The notes under the pieces: generated by a model
Seen by the model: only the letters and a program-made list of their open reading frames with translations
The model's database searches: none
Told to the model about the DNA's origin: nothing
Origin: Vulcanococcus sp.
GTDB taxonomy: Bacteria > Cyanobacteriota > Cyanobacteriia > PCC-6307 > Cyanobiaceae
DNA length: 44,435 bases
Assembly: GCF_044369115.1 (NCBI RefSeq)
Contig: NZ_JBIPMN010000001.1
Span: 1-44,435, forward strand
Direction of reading: 5' to 3'
Translations under genes and position numbers: made by a program
Part shown: piece by piece, positions 10,061 through 19,712 of the stretch
Numbering within the stretch: the stretch's first letter is position 1
How the letters are laid out: each line of letters begins with the position of its first letter

Positions 10061-11896
10061 ATGACCCTCACCCCCACGAGGCCCGTACCGGCCGCGGCCA
10101 GCGCTGATCAGCAACGGCTGGAGGTGGAACTGCTCCTGGGCGAAGCGGTGCTGACCCGCCAGGAGCTTCAGGCCGCCGGGGAGGAGCGCTGGCGCTGGGC
10201 CCAGGCGTTCTCGCTGGATCACTGCCGTGCGCTGGGCTGCCTGCCGGTGGCCCACAGCAATGGCGAGCTGGTACTGGCGATCCCCAGCCACTGGGGGGCA
10301 GAGCAACGCCAGCACCTGCAGCAGAGCGCCGCAGCCGCCTCGATCACGATCAGGCTGCGACTGGCCCTGCCCGATGAGCTGGAAGCCGCGCTGCAAACCA
10401 CTGCTCCCACCGCAAGCCCCCCAGCGCCAGAACCCACACCGAAGCCAACCCCCAGCTCAGCGCCAGAGCGCCCTGCTGCAGCGGCCTCACTGGTAGAAGA
10501 CCTCCAGCTGGAGGACACGCTGGAGGTCGCGCCGAACGATGACTTCAACGATCTCGACGTGGAGTCGAGCCTGTCGGTCTCCAACGCCTCGCCGGTGGTG
10601 AGCCTGGTGGACCGGATCCTGGTGCAGGCCTTGAAGCGCAGCGCCAGCGACATCCACCTGGAACCCCAGGAGGATGGACTGCTCATCCGTCTGCGGCAGG
10701 ACGGCGTGCTCGAGCAGCTCGACAAGCTGCCGAAGAACCTCACCCCTGCGGTGACCTCCCGCCTGAAGATCATGGCGGACCTGGACATCGCCGAACGCCG
10801 CCTCCCCCAGGACGGACGGATCCGCCGCCGCTACCAGGGCAAGCTCTTCGACCTGCGGGTGAGCACCCTGCCAACGCGCTACGGAGAGAAGGTGTGCATG
10901 CGCCTGCTCGACAGCGGCACCACTCATCTGGGGCTCGACCGGTTGATCAGCGATCCGGTGGCCCTGGCCAGCGTGCGCGAGATGGGCAGCAAGCCCTTCG
11001 GGATGCTGCTGGTGACGGGCCCCACCGGTTCGGGCAAGAGCACCACGCTCTATTCGCTGCTGGCGGAGCGCAACGACCCGGGCGTGAACATCTCAACGGT
11101 GGAAGACCCGATTGAGTACACGCTGAAGGGCATCTCCCAGACCCAGGTGAACCGGGAGAAGGGCTACGACTTCGCCCTGGCCCTGCGGGCCTTCATGCGT
11201 CAGGACCCGGACGTGCTGCTGGTGGGGGAGACCCGCGACCAGGAAACCGCCAAAACGGCGATTGAAGCCGCCCTCACCGGCCACCTGGTGCTCACCACAC
11301 TCCACTGCAATGACGCCCCCAGCGCCATCGCCCGGCTCTCGGAGATGGGGGTGGAGCCGTTCATGGTGAGCGCCTCGCTGATGGGGATCGTGTCGCAGCG
11401 GCTGGTGCGGCGGGTGTGTCCCGATTGCCGCCAGCCGTATCACCCCAGCGAGCAGGAGCTGGGACGTTTCGGCCTGTTCGCCAGCAACGAGCAGTCGATC
11501 ACCTTCTTCAAGGCCCGCCGCCAACGCGACGAGGACGACGCGGTGTGCCCCAGCTGCCAGGGCCTGGGTTACCGCGGCCGGGTGGGGGTCTACGAGGTGC
11601 TGCGCATCAACGAAACCCTGGCTACCGCCATCGCCCAGCAGGCGAGCACCGATCGGATCCGCAAGTTAGCGATCGAGTCGGGCATGAAAACGTTGCTCGG
11701 CTACGGCCTCGATCTGGTGCGCCAGGGCCACACCACCCTCGAGGAGATCGAGCGCATGATCCTCACGGATTCCAGCCTGGAATCGGAGCGGCGGGCCAAG
11801 GCGCTGCACACCATCACCTGCGGCGGCTGCGGCGCCGGGATGCGTGATGAATGGCTGGAGTGCCCCTACTGCCTCACGCCACGAGGGCTCAGCTGA
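10061..11896 (+). CDS. pilB: Type IV pilus assembly ATPase PilB (GspE/PulE family)
   Basis: [16 protein letters not shown], Walker [34 protein letters not shown]-terminal CxxC-x10-CxxC. Confidence 0.93.
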   Translation: MTLTPTRPVPAAASADQQRLEVELLLGEAVLTRQELQAAGEERWRWAQAFSLDHCRALGCLPVAHSNGELVLAIPSHWGAEQRQHLQQSAAAASITIRLRLALPDELEAALQTTAPTASPPAPEPTPKPTPSSAPERPAAAASLVEDLQLEDTLEVAPNDDFNDLDVESSLSVSNASPVVSLVDRILVQALKRSASDIHLEPQEDGLLIRLRQDGVLEQLDKLPKNLTPAVTSRLKIMADLDIAERRLPQDGRIRRRYQGKLFDLRVSTLPTRYGEKVCMRLLDSGTTHLGLDRLISDPVALASVREMGSKPFGMLLVTGPTGSGKSTTLYSLLAERNDPGVNISTVEDPIEYTLKGISQTQVNREKGYDFALALRAFMRQDPDVLLVGETRDQETAKTAIEAALTGHLVLTTLHCNDAPSAIARLSEMGVEPFMVSASLMGIVSQRLVRRVCPDCRQPYHPSEQELGRFGLFASNEQSITFFKARRQRDEDDAVCPSCQGLGYRGRVGVYEVLRINETLATAIAQQASTDRIRKLAIESGMKTLLGYGLDLVRQGHTTLEEIERMILTDSSLESERRAKALHTITCGGCGAGMRDEWLECPYCLTPRGLS

Positions 11897-11980
11897 CACA
11901 GGGGGCCCACCCCGCAGCGGCGCCATTGCCGCCACGATCCGCCGAGCTCACACTGACGGCAGGCAGGGCATCGCAGCGGC

Positions 11981-13063
11981 ATGGAGCTCCAGATCGAGCA
12001 GCTGATGGAGGAGCTGGTGCAGCAGGGCGGCAGTGATCTGCACCTGGCGGCGGGCCAGCCCCCCTACGGCCGCTTCAGCGGGGCGCTGCGCTCGATGCGC
12101 GAGGAGAAGCTCAGCGAAGACCAGTGCAACCGCCTGATCTTCTCGATGATCAACAACGCCCAGCGCAAGCAGCTGGAACAAACCTGGGAACTCGACTGCG
12201 CCTACGGGCTGCGGGGCGTGTCGCGCTTCCGGGTCAACGTGTACCGCCAGCGGGGCAGCTATGCCGCCTGCCTGCGGGCTCTGGGCAACACAATTCCCAG
12301 CCTGGAGAGCCTCGAGCTGCCCCCGGTAGTGGAGGAAACCAGCCGCCGGCCGAGGGGCCTGATCCTGGTGACGGGGCCCACCGGCTCGGGCAAAACCACC
12401 ACCCTGGCGGCCCTGCTGGATCACATTAACCGCAGCCGCGCCGAGCACATCCTCACGATCGAAGACCCGATCGAATTCACCTACCGCAACGAGCAGAGCG
12501 TGATCCACCAGCGCCAGCTGGGGGAAGACACCCGCAGTTTCGCCGCCGCCCTGCGCGCTGCCCTAAGGGAAGACCCCGACGTGATCCTGGTGGGGGAGAT
12601 GCGTGATCTGGAAACGATCCAACTGGCGATCACGGCCGCGGAAACGGGGCACCTGGTGTTCGGCACCCTGCACACCAGCTCCGCGGCGCAGACGGTGGAT
12701 CGCATGGTGGATGTGTTCCCCGCCGAGCAGCAGACCCAGATCCGCGTGCAGCTGAGCAGCTCGCTGGTGGGAGTGTTCTCCCAGACCCTCTGCAAACGGC
12801 TCAACCCGAAGCCCGGGCAGTTCGGGCGGGTGATGGCCCAGGAGATCCTGATCAACACGCCTGCCATCGCCAACCTGATTCGCGAGGGCAAAACGGCGCA
12901 GCTCTATTCCCAGATCCAGACCGGTGGCCAGCAGGGCATGCAAACCCTGGAGCGGGCCCTGGCCAATCTGGTGGTGCAGGGAGCCGTGAGCCGCGAGGAG
13001 GCGATGGCCCAAGCGAGCAAACCGGAGGAGCTGGGCCGCCTGCTCGACGGCCAGAGCGGTTGA
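11981..13063 (+). CDS. pilT: Type IV pilus retraction ATPase PilT
   Basis: GSDLHL, GPTGSGKTT, LREDPDVILVGEMRD, GHLVFGTLHT, AIANLIRE. Confidence 0.95.
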   Translation: MELQIEQLMEELVQQGGSDLHLAAGQPPYGRFSGALRSMREEKLSEDQCNRLIFSMINNAQRKQLEQTWELDCAYGLRGVSRFRVNVYRQRGSYAACLRALGNTIPSLESLELPPVVEETSRRPRGLILVTGPTGSGKTTTLAALLDHINRSRAEHILTIEDPIEFTYRNEQSVIHQRQLGEDTRSFAAALRAALREDPDVILVGEMRDLETIQLAITAAETGHLVFGTLHTSSAAQTVDRMVDVFPAEQQTQIRVQLSSSLVGVFSQTLCKRLNPKPGQFGRVMAQEILINTPAIANLIREGKTAQLYSQIQTGGQQGMQTLERALANLVVQGAVSREEAMAQASKPEELGRLLDGQSG

Positions 13064-13078
13064 GCTGAGCCAACCCCC

Positions 13079-14386
13079 ATGCCCAGCTTCAGCGCTACGT
13101 ACACCACCCGCGCCGGCCAGACCCGGCAGCTGCGCCTCACGGCCGCCGATGCCGCCAGTGCCCGCCGCGACCTGCGCCGGCGCGGGATCGTGCCCAGCGC
13201 CCTGGAGCTGGTGGACAGCGCCAGCGGGCGAGGCCGCAGCGGTCCGGCCATGGCCAACCGCGCTCCCGCAGCACCAGGAACTCCCGCCGGCTCCAGCCCC
13301 GCGGCCACCACCGTGTTCGGCCTGGATCTCTCCGGCCTGTTGGAAGCCCGGCCTGGGATCCGCGAAAAAGCCCTGTTCGCCAACAAGCTGGCGGCGCTAG
13401 TGGATGCGGGGGTGCCGATCGTGCGCAGCCTCGATCTGATGGCGCGGCAGCAGCGGATGCCGCTGTTCAAGCGGGCGCTCACGGCGGTGAGCGCCGATGT
13501 GAATGAGGGCGGCAGCCTGGGGGCGGCCCTGCGGCGCTGGCCGAAGGTGTTCGACAAGCTCACCATCGCCATGGTGGAGGCCGGCGAAGCGGGCGGGGTG
13601 CTCGATGAGAGCCTCAGGCGACTGGCGAAGCTGCTGGAGGGCAACGCCATGCTCCAGAACCAGATCAAGGGGGCGATGGGCTACCCGGTGGCGGTGCTGG
13701 TGATCGCCGTGCTCGTATTCCTGGGGATGACGATCTTCCTGATCCCCACCTTCGCCGGCATCTTTGAGGATCTCGGCGCCGAGCTGCCGCTGTTCACCCA
13801 ACTAATGGTGGACCTGAGCAAGCTGCTGCGCTCCTCGTTTTCGCTGTTGCTGGCCTTGGTTCTGCTGGTGGGGGCCTGGCTGTTCAGCCGCTACTACGCC
13901 ACCAGCGCGGGCCGCCGCCGCGTGGATGGCTTGCTGCTGCAGCTGCCCCTGTTCGGCGATCTGATTCAGAAAACCGCTACGGCCAAGTTCTGCCGCACCT
14001 TCAGCTCCCTGACCCGGGCGGGGGTGCCGATCCTGCTCTCGCTGGAGATCGTGCAGGAAACGGCGGGCAACGCTGTGATCGCCGACGCGATCGTGGGATC
14101 ACGGCAAGACGTGCAGGAGGGCATCCCTCTGAGCGTCGCCCTGGGGCGCAAACAGGTGTTCCCCGAGCTGGCCCTGAGCATGCTCGCCATCGGCGAGGAA
14201 ACAGGCCAGATGGACACGATGCTCTCCAAGGTGGCCGACTTCTACGAAGACGAGGTGGAAGCAGCCGTGAAAGCGCTCACCTCAATGCTGGAGCCCGCCA
14301 TGATCGTGATTGTGGGCGGAATCGTGGGCTCGATCCTGCTGGCGATGTATCTGCCGATGTTCTCGATCTTCGATCAGATCAAGTAG
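13079..14386 (+). CDS. pilC: Type IV pilus platform protein PilC (GspF family)
   Basis: Duplicated GspF domains (AGVPI, GEAGG, GEETG), three hydrophobic segments, MYLPMF C-terminus. Confidence 0.94.
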   Translation: MPSFSATYTTRAGQTRQLRLTAADAASARRDLRRRGIVPSALELVDSASGRGRSGPAMANRAPAAPGTPAGSSPAATTVFGLDLSGLLEARPGIREKALFANKLAALVDAGVPIVRSLDLMARQQRMPLFKRALTAVSADVNEGGSLGAALRRWPKVFDKLTIAMVEAGEAGGVLDESLRRLAKLLEGNAMLQNQIKGAMGYPVAVLVIAVLVFLGMTIFLIPTFAGIFEDLGAELPLFTQLMVDLSKLLRSSFSLLLALVLLVGAWLFSRYYATSAGRRRVDGLLLQLPLFGDLIQKTATAKFCRTFSSLTRAGVPILLSLEIVQETAGNAVIADAIVGSRQDVQEGIPLSVALGRKQVFPELALSMLAIGEETGQMDTMLSKVADFYEDEVEAAVKALTSMLEPAMIVIVGGIVGSILLAMYLPMFSIFDQIK

Positions 14387-14397
14387 AGGCATGGCGC

Positions 14398-14817
14398 TCA
14401 GTTAAAGAGAGGCACACCAAGGTCTGCCGCGGTCTGGTTGAGCTTGCGATCGAAACTGGCCAGCGTGGCCCCAAGGCGCTGGGCCAGATCAAGGTAGGTG
14501 GCGTCGTAACTGGAAAGGCCATGGGCACGGGCCAAGGCGATCAACCGAGGTTGTTGCTCCGGCCCGAGATCGCCATCCATGCAGATCGGCAAACCGCTCA
14601 AGCGGGCGAGAAACAGATCGCTGGCGCTCGACTCGATCATGCGACGACGTTCAGCCACCAGCAGGGCATTGACCACCTCCAGGTGCCAAAGCCCAGGCAC
14701 CCACCACGCCTGATCACCACAGGCGGCAAGCAGCCGATTCGCCCGGGCCGCATCAGAGGTCTGCTCACGCTCAAACACCCAGGCCAGGGCCATGGAGGCA
14801 TCGATCACCAGGGTCAA
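14398..14817 (-). CDS. VapC-like PIN-domain toxin
   Basis: LVIDAS, HLEVVN, LSSYDATYL, LASFDRKL: PIN acidic residues present; 4-nt overlap with the upstream antitoxin. Confidence 0.9.
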   Translation of the reverse strand: MTLVIDASMALAWVFEREQTSDAARANRLLAACGDQAWWVPGLWHLEVVNALLVAERRRMIESSASDLFLARLSGLPICMDGDLGPEQQPRLIALARAHGLSSYDATYLDLAQRLGATLASFDRKLNQTAADLGVPLFN

Positions 14818-15056
14818 CGGCGACCCTCCTCGATGAAGCTGGCCACATCGGTATCACCAACGCCACGGATGCGGGGAAAGGCCTGCAGCGCCTCAATCGC
14901 CGCGGCCAGACCCTCACTGGATGCCGCGCGATGGGGCACCAGATCGGCCACAGGCTTGCCACGCACAGTGATGGTGAAGTGCTCGCCCTGCTCCACAGCC
15001 CGCAGCAACCGCGAGAGCTGGGCCTTGGCCTCAAACGCGCCGATGGAGGGCTGCAC
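14814..15056 (-). CDS. Phd/YefM family antitoxin
   Basis: IGAFEAKAQLSRLLRAVEQGEHFTITVRGKPVADLVP, a typical Phd N-terminus. Confidence 0.9.
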   Translation of the reverse strand: MQPSIGAFEAKAQLSRLLRAVEQGEHFTITVRGKPVADLVPHRAASSEGLAAAIEALQAFPRIRGVGDTDVASFIEEGRR

Positions 15057-15079
15057 GGATCAGCAAGCTGGTTCGAGAG

Positions 15080-16408
15080 CTAGTTTATTGCTGGTGCATG
15101 CTGCGCCACCGCCTCAGCGATCGCCTGCCCAGCCAGCCAGCCGGAGCTCCAGCAGTGCTGGAAGTTGAAGCCACCGGTGATGCCATCCACATCCAGGAGC
15201 TCACCGGCTAGGTAGAGCCCAGGCGTGCAGCGGCTCTCCATCGTGGCCAGGTTCACCTCCCCCAGCGGCACGCCGCCCGCGGTCACGAACTCTTCGCCAA
15301 AGGGACCGCGGCCCGCCACGGCGTATGTGCTGCGCCGCAGGCTCTCGATCAGGCCCTGCTGCTGGTGCTTGCCCAGATCTGCCCAGCGGCGATCGGGCTC
15401 CACGCCCTGCTGATCGAGCAGGTGCTGCCAGAGGCGGCGGCTCAGGGCAGGCCAGGGGCGGGCGTTGCTCAGCTGGCGGCGGGCCTGATCACGGCGGCAG
15501 TCGGCGAAGAGCTGCTCGAGTTGGGGCTGGGTGCGGCCGCCGCTCCAATCCACCCGCACGCTGCCCCGGTAGCCGCAGTGGTGCAGCGCCCGGGCCGCAA
15601 ACGCAGTGAGCTTGAGCGTGGCTGGTCCACTCAAGCCCCAGTGGGTGATCAACAGCGGCCCCTGCTGACGGAAGCGATGGGCCATGCCCGGCGGCGGTGG
15701 ACCCGCGCCCTGATCAAGATCCAGCTCAAGCTCCAGATCGACCGGATCCATCACCACCCCCGCCAAGGCCACGAGCGGATTGGGCTTGAAGGCCAGGGTG
15801 AACAGCGACGGCACCGGCGCCACCAGGCCATGGCCAAGACCCTGCGCCAGGCGACGACCGCTGGGATGACTGCCGGTGGCGAGCAGGAGACGATCGGCCG
15901 TGAGTGCCGCTGGTTGGTCGTGCCCGCCCTGGAACGCCACACGAACCGTGAGCGCAAAACCCCCGTCAGGCAGCGCGTCTGCCCCCTGCAGCGCGCAGTG
16001 GGTGCGCAACTCCACGCCGGCGGCTGAGGCCGCCTGGCGCAGGCACTGGATCACCGCTGTGGAGCGATTGGCCCGAGGAAACATGCGGCCATCGGGCTCC
16101 TCCACCAGCTCAAGGCCGTGATCGTCGAACCAGGCCACCGCATCGCCGGCAGCAAAGCGGCTGAATGGACCGCGCAGGGCTTTGCCGCCGCGCGGGTAGG
16201 AACCCACCAACTCGCGCGGATCCCAACAGGCGTGGGTCACGTTGCAGCGACCGCCGCCGCTGATCAGCACCTTGCCCAGGGGTTCGGGCGTGCTCTCCAG
16301 CACCAGAACCCGCTGGAGCCCCGCCTCCGCCGCGGCGATGGCTGCCATGAACCCGGCTGGGCCGCCCCCCGCCACCACCAGCGACCAGTGTTCGGGGGAG
16401 GGGGGCAT
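15080..16408 (-). CDS. HI0933/BaiN family NAD(P)/FAD-dependent oxidoreductase
   Basis: GGGPAG, GKVLISGGGRCNVT, LITHWGLSGP, FVTAGGV, GELLDVDGITGGFNFQ. Confidence 0.93.
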   Translation of the reverse strand: MPPSPEHWSLVVAGGGPAGFMAAIAAAEAGLQRVLVLESTPEPLGKVLISGGGRCNVTHACWDPRELVGSYPRGGKALRGPFSRFAAGDAVAWFDDHGLELVEEPDGRMFPRANRSTAVIQCLRQAASAAGVELRTHCALQGADALPDGGFALTVRVAFQGGHDQPAALTADRLLLATGSHPSGRRLAQGLGHGLVAPVPSLFTLAFKPNPLVALAGVVMDPVDLELELDLDQGAGPPPPGMAHRFRQQGPLLITHWGLSGPATLKLTAFAARALHHCGYRGSVRVDWSGGRTQPQLEQLFADCRRDQARRQLSNARPWPALSRRLWQHLLDQQGVEPDRRWADLGKHQQQGLIESLRRSTYAVAGRGPFGEEFVTAGGVPLGEVNLATMESRCTPGLYLAGELLDVDGITGGFNFQHCWSSGWLAGQAIAEAVAQHAPAIN

Positions 16409-16461
16409 CGCGGCGAGAGGGGCAGAGATCAGCGTGCCTGGGCACCGGGCAGCATGAGGGC

Positions 16462-17460
16462 ATGCCCGATTCGCTACTGAACGGGGCCTACCGCTTCAGT
16501 GTGGCCCCGATGATGGACTACACCGATCGGCACTTCCGGGTGCTGATGCGGCAGATCACCCGGCGCAGCCTGCTCTACACCGAGATGGTGGTGGCCCAGG
16601 CGCTGCACTACAGCGAGCGGCGCGAGCGGCTGATCGATTTCGACCCCTGCGAACACCCGATCGCCCTGCAGGTGGGCGGCGACGATCCGCAGCTACTGGC
16701 CGAAGCGGCACGCATTGCAGCCGATCGCGGCTACGACGAGATCAACCTCAACGTGGGCTGCCCCAGCGAGAAGGTGCAGAAGGGACGTTTCGGGGCCTGC
16801 CTGATGGCCGAACCCGAGCAGGTGGCCCGCTGCATCAGCGCCATGGCCACAGCCTCACCGCTGCCTGTCACGGTGAAACACCGGATCGGTATCGATGAGC
16901 GCGATTCGTATGACGAGCTGCTGGCCTTCGTGGATACGGTGGCCGCGGCCGGAGCCCAGCGCTTCAGCGTGCACGCCCGCAAGGCCTGGCTGGAGGGCCT
17001 GGATCCGAAGCAAAACCGCACCATCCCGCCGCTGCGTTATGAGCTGGTGCATCAGCTCAAGCGCGAGCGCCCCCAGCTCACGATCGAACTGAATGGCGGC
17101 CTGCTGGATCTGCAGAGCTGCGAGGAACAGCTGCAGCAGGTGGATGGCGTGATGGTGGGCCGCGCCGCCTACGACCACCCACTGCGCTGGGCCAACGTGG
17201 ACCGGCGCCTGTTCCACGACGACAGCGAGCCGATCGCTTGCGCCTCCACGGTGGTGCGAGGCCTGATCCCCTACGCCGAGCGGTGGGTCAACGGTGGGGG
17301 CCGCCTCTGGGCCATCGCCCGCCACCTGGTGCAAGTGGTGGAGGGGGTGAGCGGGGCTCGGCACTGGCGCCGCGACCTCGGCTTGGCTGCTGGCGCCCGC
17401 GATGCCGGGCCAGAGGTGTTCGAGTGGGCTGCCGCGCAGCTGGAAGAGCGCGGGCTCTAA
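16462..17460 (+). CDS. dusA: tRNA dihydrouridine(20/20a) synthase
   Basis: VAPMMDYTDRHFR, NLNVGCPS catalytic Cys, VHARKAWL, GVMVGRAAY. Confidence 0.94.
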   Translation: MPDSLLNGAYRFSVAPMMDYTDRHFRVLMRQITRRSLLYTEMVVAQALHYSERRERLIDFDPCEHPIALQVGGDDPQLLAEAARIAADRGYDEINLNVGCPSEKVQKGRFGACLMAEPEQVARCISAMATASPLPVTVKHRIGIDERDSYDELLAFVDTVAAAGAQRFSVHARKAWLEGLDPKQNRTIPPLRYELVHQLKRERPQLTIELNGGLLDLQSCEEQLQQVDGVMVGRAAYDHPLRWANVDRRLFHDDSEPIACASTVVRGLIPYAERWVNGGGRLWAIARHLVQVVEGVSGARHWRRDLGLAAGARDAGPEVFEWAAAQLEERGL

Positions 17461-17519
17461 CGGGTTGCCTGCAAGGACCTAACGCGCTGCGTGCATGGGA
17501 AGGCGTCTCGCAAAGACTG

Positions 17520-17554
17520 CTTGCAGCTCTGTACGTGGCGTACAGAAACCTGGA
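17520..17554. repeat. Dispersed ~35-bp palindrome, copy 1
   Basis: CTTGCAGC-TCTGTAC-GTGGC-GTACAGA-AACCTGGA. Confidence 0.75.
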
Positions 17555-17595
17555 TGCCAGTGAGGAGAAGGACCTGCTGCCAAGAACGAGGGCAC

Positions 17596-17630
17596 AGGCA
17601 GGTTCTGTACAGAGCTTGCAGAACTTCGGT
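17596..17630. repeat. Dispersed ~35-bp palindrome, copy 2 (degenerate)
   Basis: AGGCAGGT-TCTGTAC-AGAGC-TTGCAGA-ACTTCGGT. Confidence 0.55.
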
Positions 17631-17704
17631 CAGATCACCGCAGTGAAAGCAGCAGGCCCTCCAAGCACTGAGACCCCCACCAGGCTGAGTCGCCCTTGAT
17701 CGAT

Positions 17705-18214
17705 TCAGTCGTCGCCGCCAGAGCTGCGCCGGCGACGGGTGCGGCCGGCACCGAAGGAATCAGCGCCGCGATCGCCGCCGCCATAGCTGCGGTCCTCCCA
17801 GCCACGGGCGCCGGAACCACGCTCACCGCCACCACCGGAGCGATCGCCGAAGTCGCTGCGGCCACCACCTCCATAACCACCGCCGCCATAGCCGCCGCCT
17901 CCGTAACCGCCGCCACCGCCATAGCCGCCGCGCCGGGGACCCCGGTCGCCGCCACCACCACCGCCGCCATTGCTGCGGGGTTCAGCTTTGTTGATGCGCA
18001 GCGGACGACCCATCAACTCGGCGCCCTGGAGGGCATCGATGGCGCGGGACTCACTGTCTTCATCGGCCAGCTCCACGAAGGCGAAGCCGCGCTTGCGGCC
18101 GGTGTCGCGCTCGAGGGGCAGGAAACAGTTGGTGACCTCGCCGAAGGGTGCGAACAACTCGGCCACGTCCTCCTGTTCCGCGCGGAAGGGGAGGTTTCCT
18201 ACAAAAATGCTCAC
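17705..18214 (-). CDS. RRM RNA-binding protein (cyanobacterial Rbp) with glycine-rich tail
   Basis: RNP2 IFVGNL, RNP1 RGFAFVEL, GGYGGG repeats. Confidence 0.95.
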   Translation of the reverse strand: MSIFVGNLPFRAEQEDVAELFAPFGEVTNCFLPLERDTGRKRGFAFVELADEDSESRAIDALQGAELMGRPLRINKAEPRSNGGGGGGGDRGPRRGGYGGGGGYGGGGYGGGGYGGGGRSDFGDRSGGGGERGSGARGWEDRSYGGGDRGADSFGAGRTRRRRSSGGDD

Positions 18215-18285
18215 AGGCCGAGGGGGCCGATCAGGCAGAACTTCAGCCCAGGAAGACTAAGCCGGCTCCGGCAGTTCGGAGGGCT

Positions 18286-19686
18286 TCACGCCGCGGCTGT
18301 CAGCCGCAAACGCGCCCGCTCCAGCTGCAAGCGCACCTGATCAAAGGCCGTGCCGCCTTCGCTGCGGCGGGCCGCCACCACCTGGCGCGGATGGATCGCC
18401 TCATAGATATCCGCCTCGAAGGCCGGATGCAGCTGTTGCCAACGCTCCAGCGCCAGATCACGCAACAGGATCCCCTCCTGCAGGCAGCCCTTCACCAGAC
18501 CGCCCACCAGCTGATAGGCCTCGCGGAACGGAACCCCCTTGGCCACCAGGTAATCAGCCACATCGGTGGCATTGGAGAAATCAGAAGCCACAGCGGCCTC
18601 AAGCCGCTCGGGGCGGAACTGCAGCCCCTCCTCAAACAGGATCGCCATCGCCTCCAGGCAGGCCAGGGTGGTAGCCACGGCATCGAAGAGGGCTTCTTTG
18701 TCTTCCTGGAAGTCTTTGTTGTAGGCGAGGGGCAAACCCTTGATCATCACCAGCAGGCCCTGCAGGTGGCCAAACACCCGGCCGCACTTACCCCGCACCA
18801 ACTCCGGCACATCGGGGTTCTTTTTCTGGGGCATCAGGCTGCTGCCAGTGGCGCAGCGGTCGGTGAGTTTCACGAAGCCGAACTCCTCGCTGGCCCAGAG
18901 GATCACCTCCTCACTCAGCCGGCTCAGGTGCACCATCACCAGACTGGCGGCGGCGCTGAACTCCACCGCAAAATCCCGGTCGCTCACCGCATCGAGGCTG
19001 TTGGCATATACGTCGTCGAAGCCAAGAGCCGCGGCGGTGTGGCGGCGGTCGATCGGCACTGGTGTGCCCGCCAGAGCCGCGGCCCCGAGCGGACAGATGT
19101 TCACGCGTTTGCGCAGATCTTGCAGCCGAGCCCGGTCGCGCTCGGCCATCTCCACATAGGCCAGCAGATGGTGGGCGAGGCAGATCGGCTGAGCCCGCTG
19201 CAGGTGCGTGTAGCCCGGAATCATCACCTCAGCGTGGGCTTCGGCCTGATCCAGGAGCGCCCGCTCGAAGCGCACCAACGCGCCATCAATGGCATCAATC
19301 TGGCCCCGCAGCCACAGGCGCAGATCCGTGCCCACCTGATCGTTGCGGGAGCGGCCGGTGTGCAGCTTTTTGCCCAGGGGGCCGAGGATCGCGATCAGGC
19401 GGCGCTCCACCGCGAAGTGCACGTCTTCGTCGTCGAGGCCGGGGTTGAACTCGCCGGCAGCTGCTTCGCTGCGCACCTGCTCCAGGCCCACCACCAGCTG
19501 CTCGGCTTCCTCAACCGTGATCACGCCGGTGCTGGCGAGCATGCGGGCGTGGGCGATGGAGCCGTCGAGGTCCTGCTGGAGCAGGGTGATGTCGAACCCG
19601 ATCGAGGCGTTGAAGCGTTCGATCGCCGGATGCAGACCCTCCTCGAAACGCTGGCTCCAAGTGGAGGAAGACGACTCAACGGCCAT
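18286..19686 (-). CDS. argH: Argininosuccinate lyase
   Basis: [37 protein letters not shown]. Confidence 0.98.
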   Translation of the reverse strand: MAVESSSSTWSQRFEEGLHPAIERFNASIGFDITLLQQDLDGSIAHARMLASTGVITVEEAEQLVVGLEQVRSEAAAGEFNPGLDDEDVHFAVERRLIAILGPLGKKLHTGRSRNDQVGTDLRLWLRGQIDAIDGALVRFERALLDQAEAHAEVMIPGYTHLQRAQPICLAHHLLAYVEMAERDRARLQDLRKRVNICPLGAAALAGTPVPIDRRHTAAALGFDDVYANSLDAVSDRDFAVEFSAAASLVMVHLSRLSEEVILWASEEFGFVKLTDRCATGSSLMPQKKNPDVPELVRGKCGRVFGHLQGLLVMIKGLPLAYNKDFQEDKEALFDAVATTLACLEAMAILFEEGLQFRPERLEAAVASDFSNATDVADYLVAKGVPFREAYQLVGGLVKGCLQEGILLRDLALERWQQLHPAFEADIYEAIHPRQVVAARRSEGGTAFDQVRLQLERARLRLTAAA

Positions 19687-19712
19687 CGGGGCCCGGCTCG
19701 ATCAGTTGAGGG

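Noticed and set aside
17461-17704. Possible tRNA in the dusA-rbp spacer
   Set aside because: No T-loop GTTCRA with a matching cloverleaf or acceptor stem
17820-17970. GCC/ACC-rich tandem repeats
   Set aside because: They encode the Gly-rich tail of the Rbp protein, a known family feature
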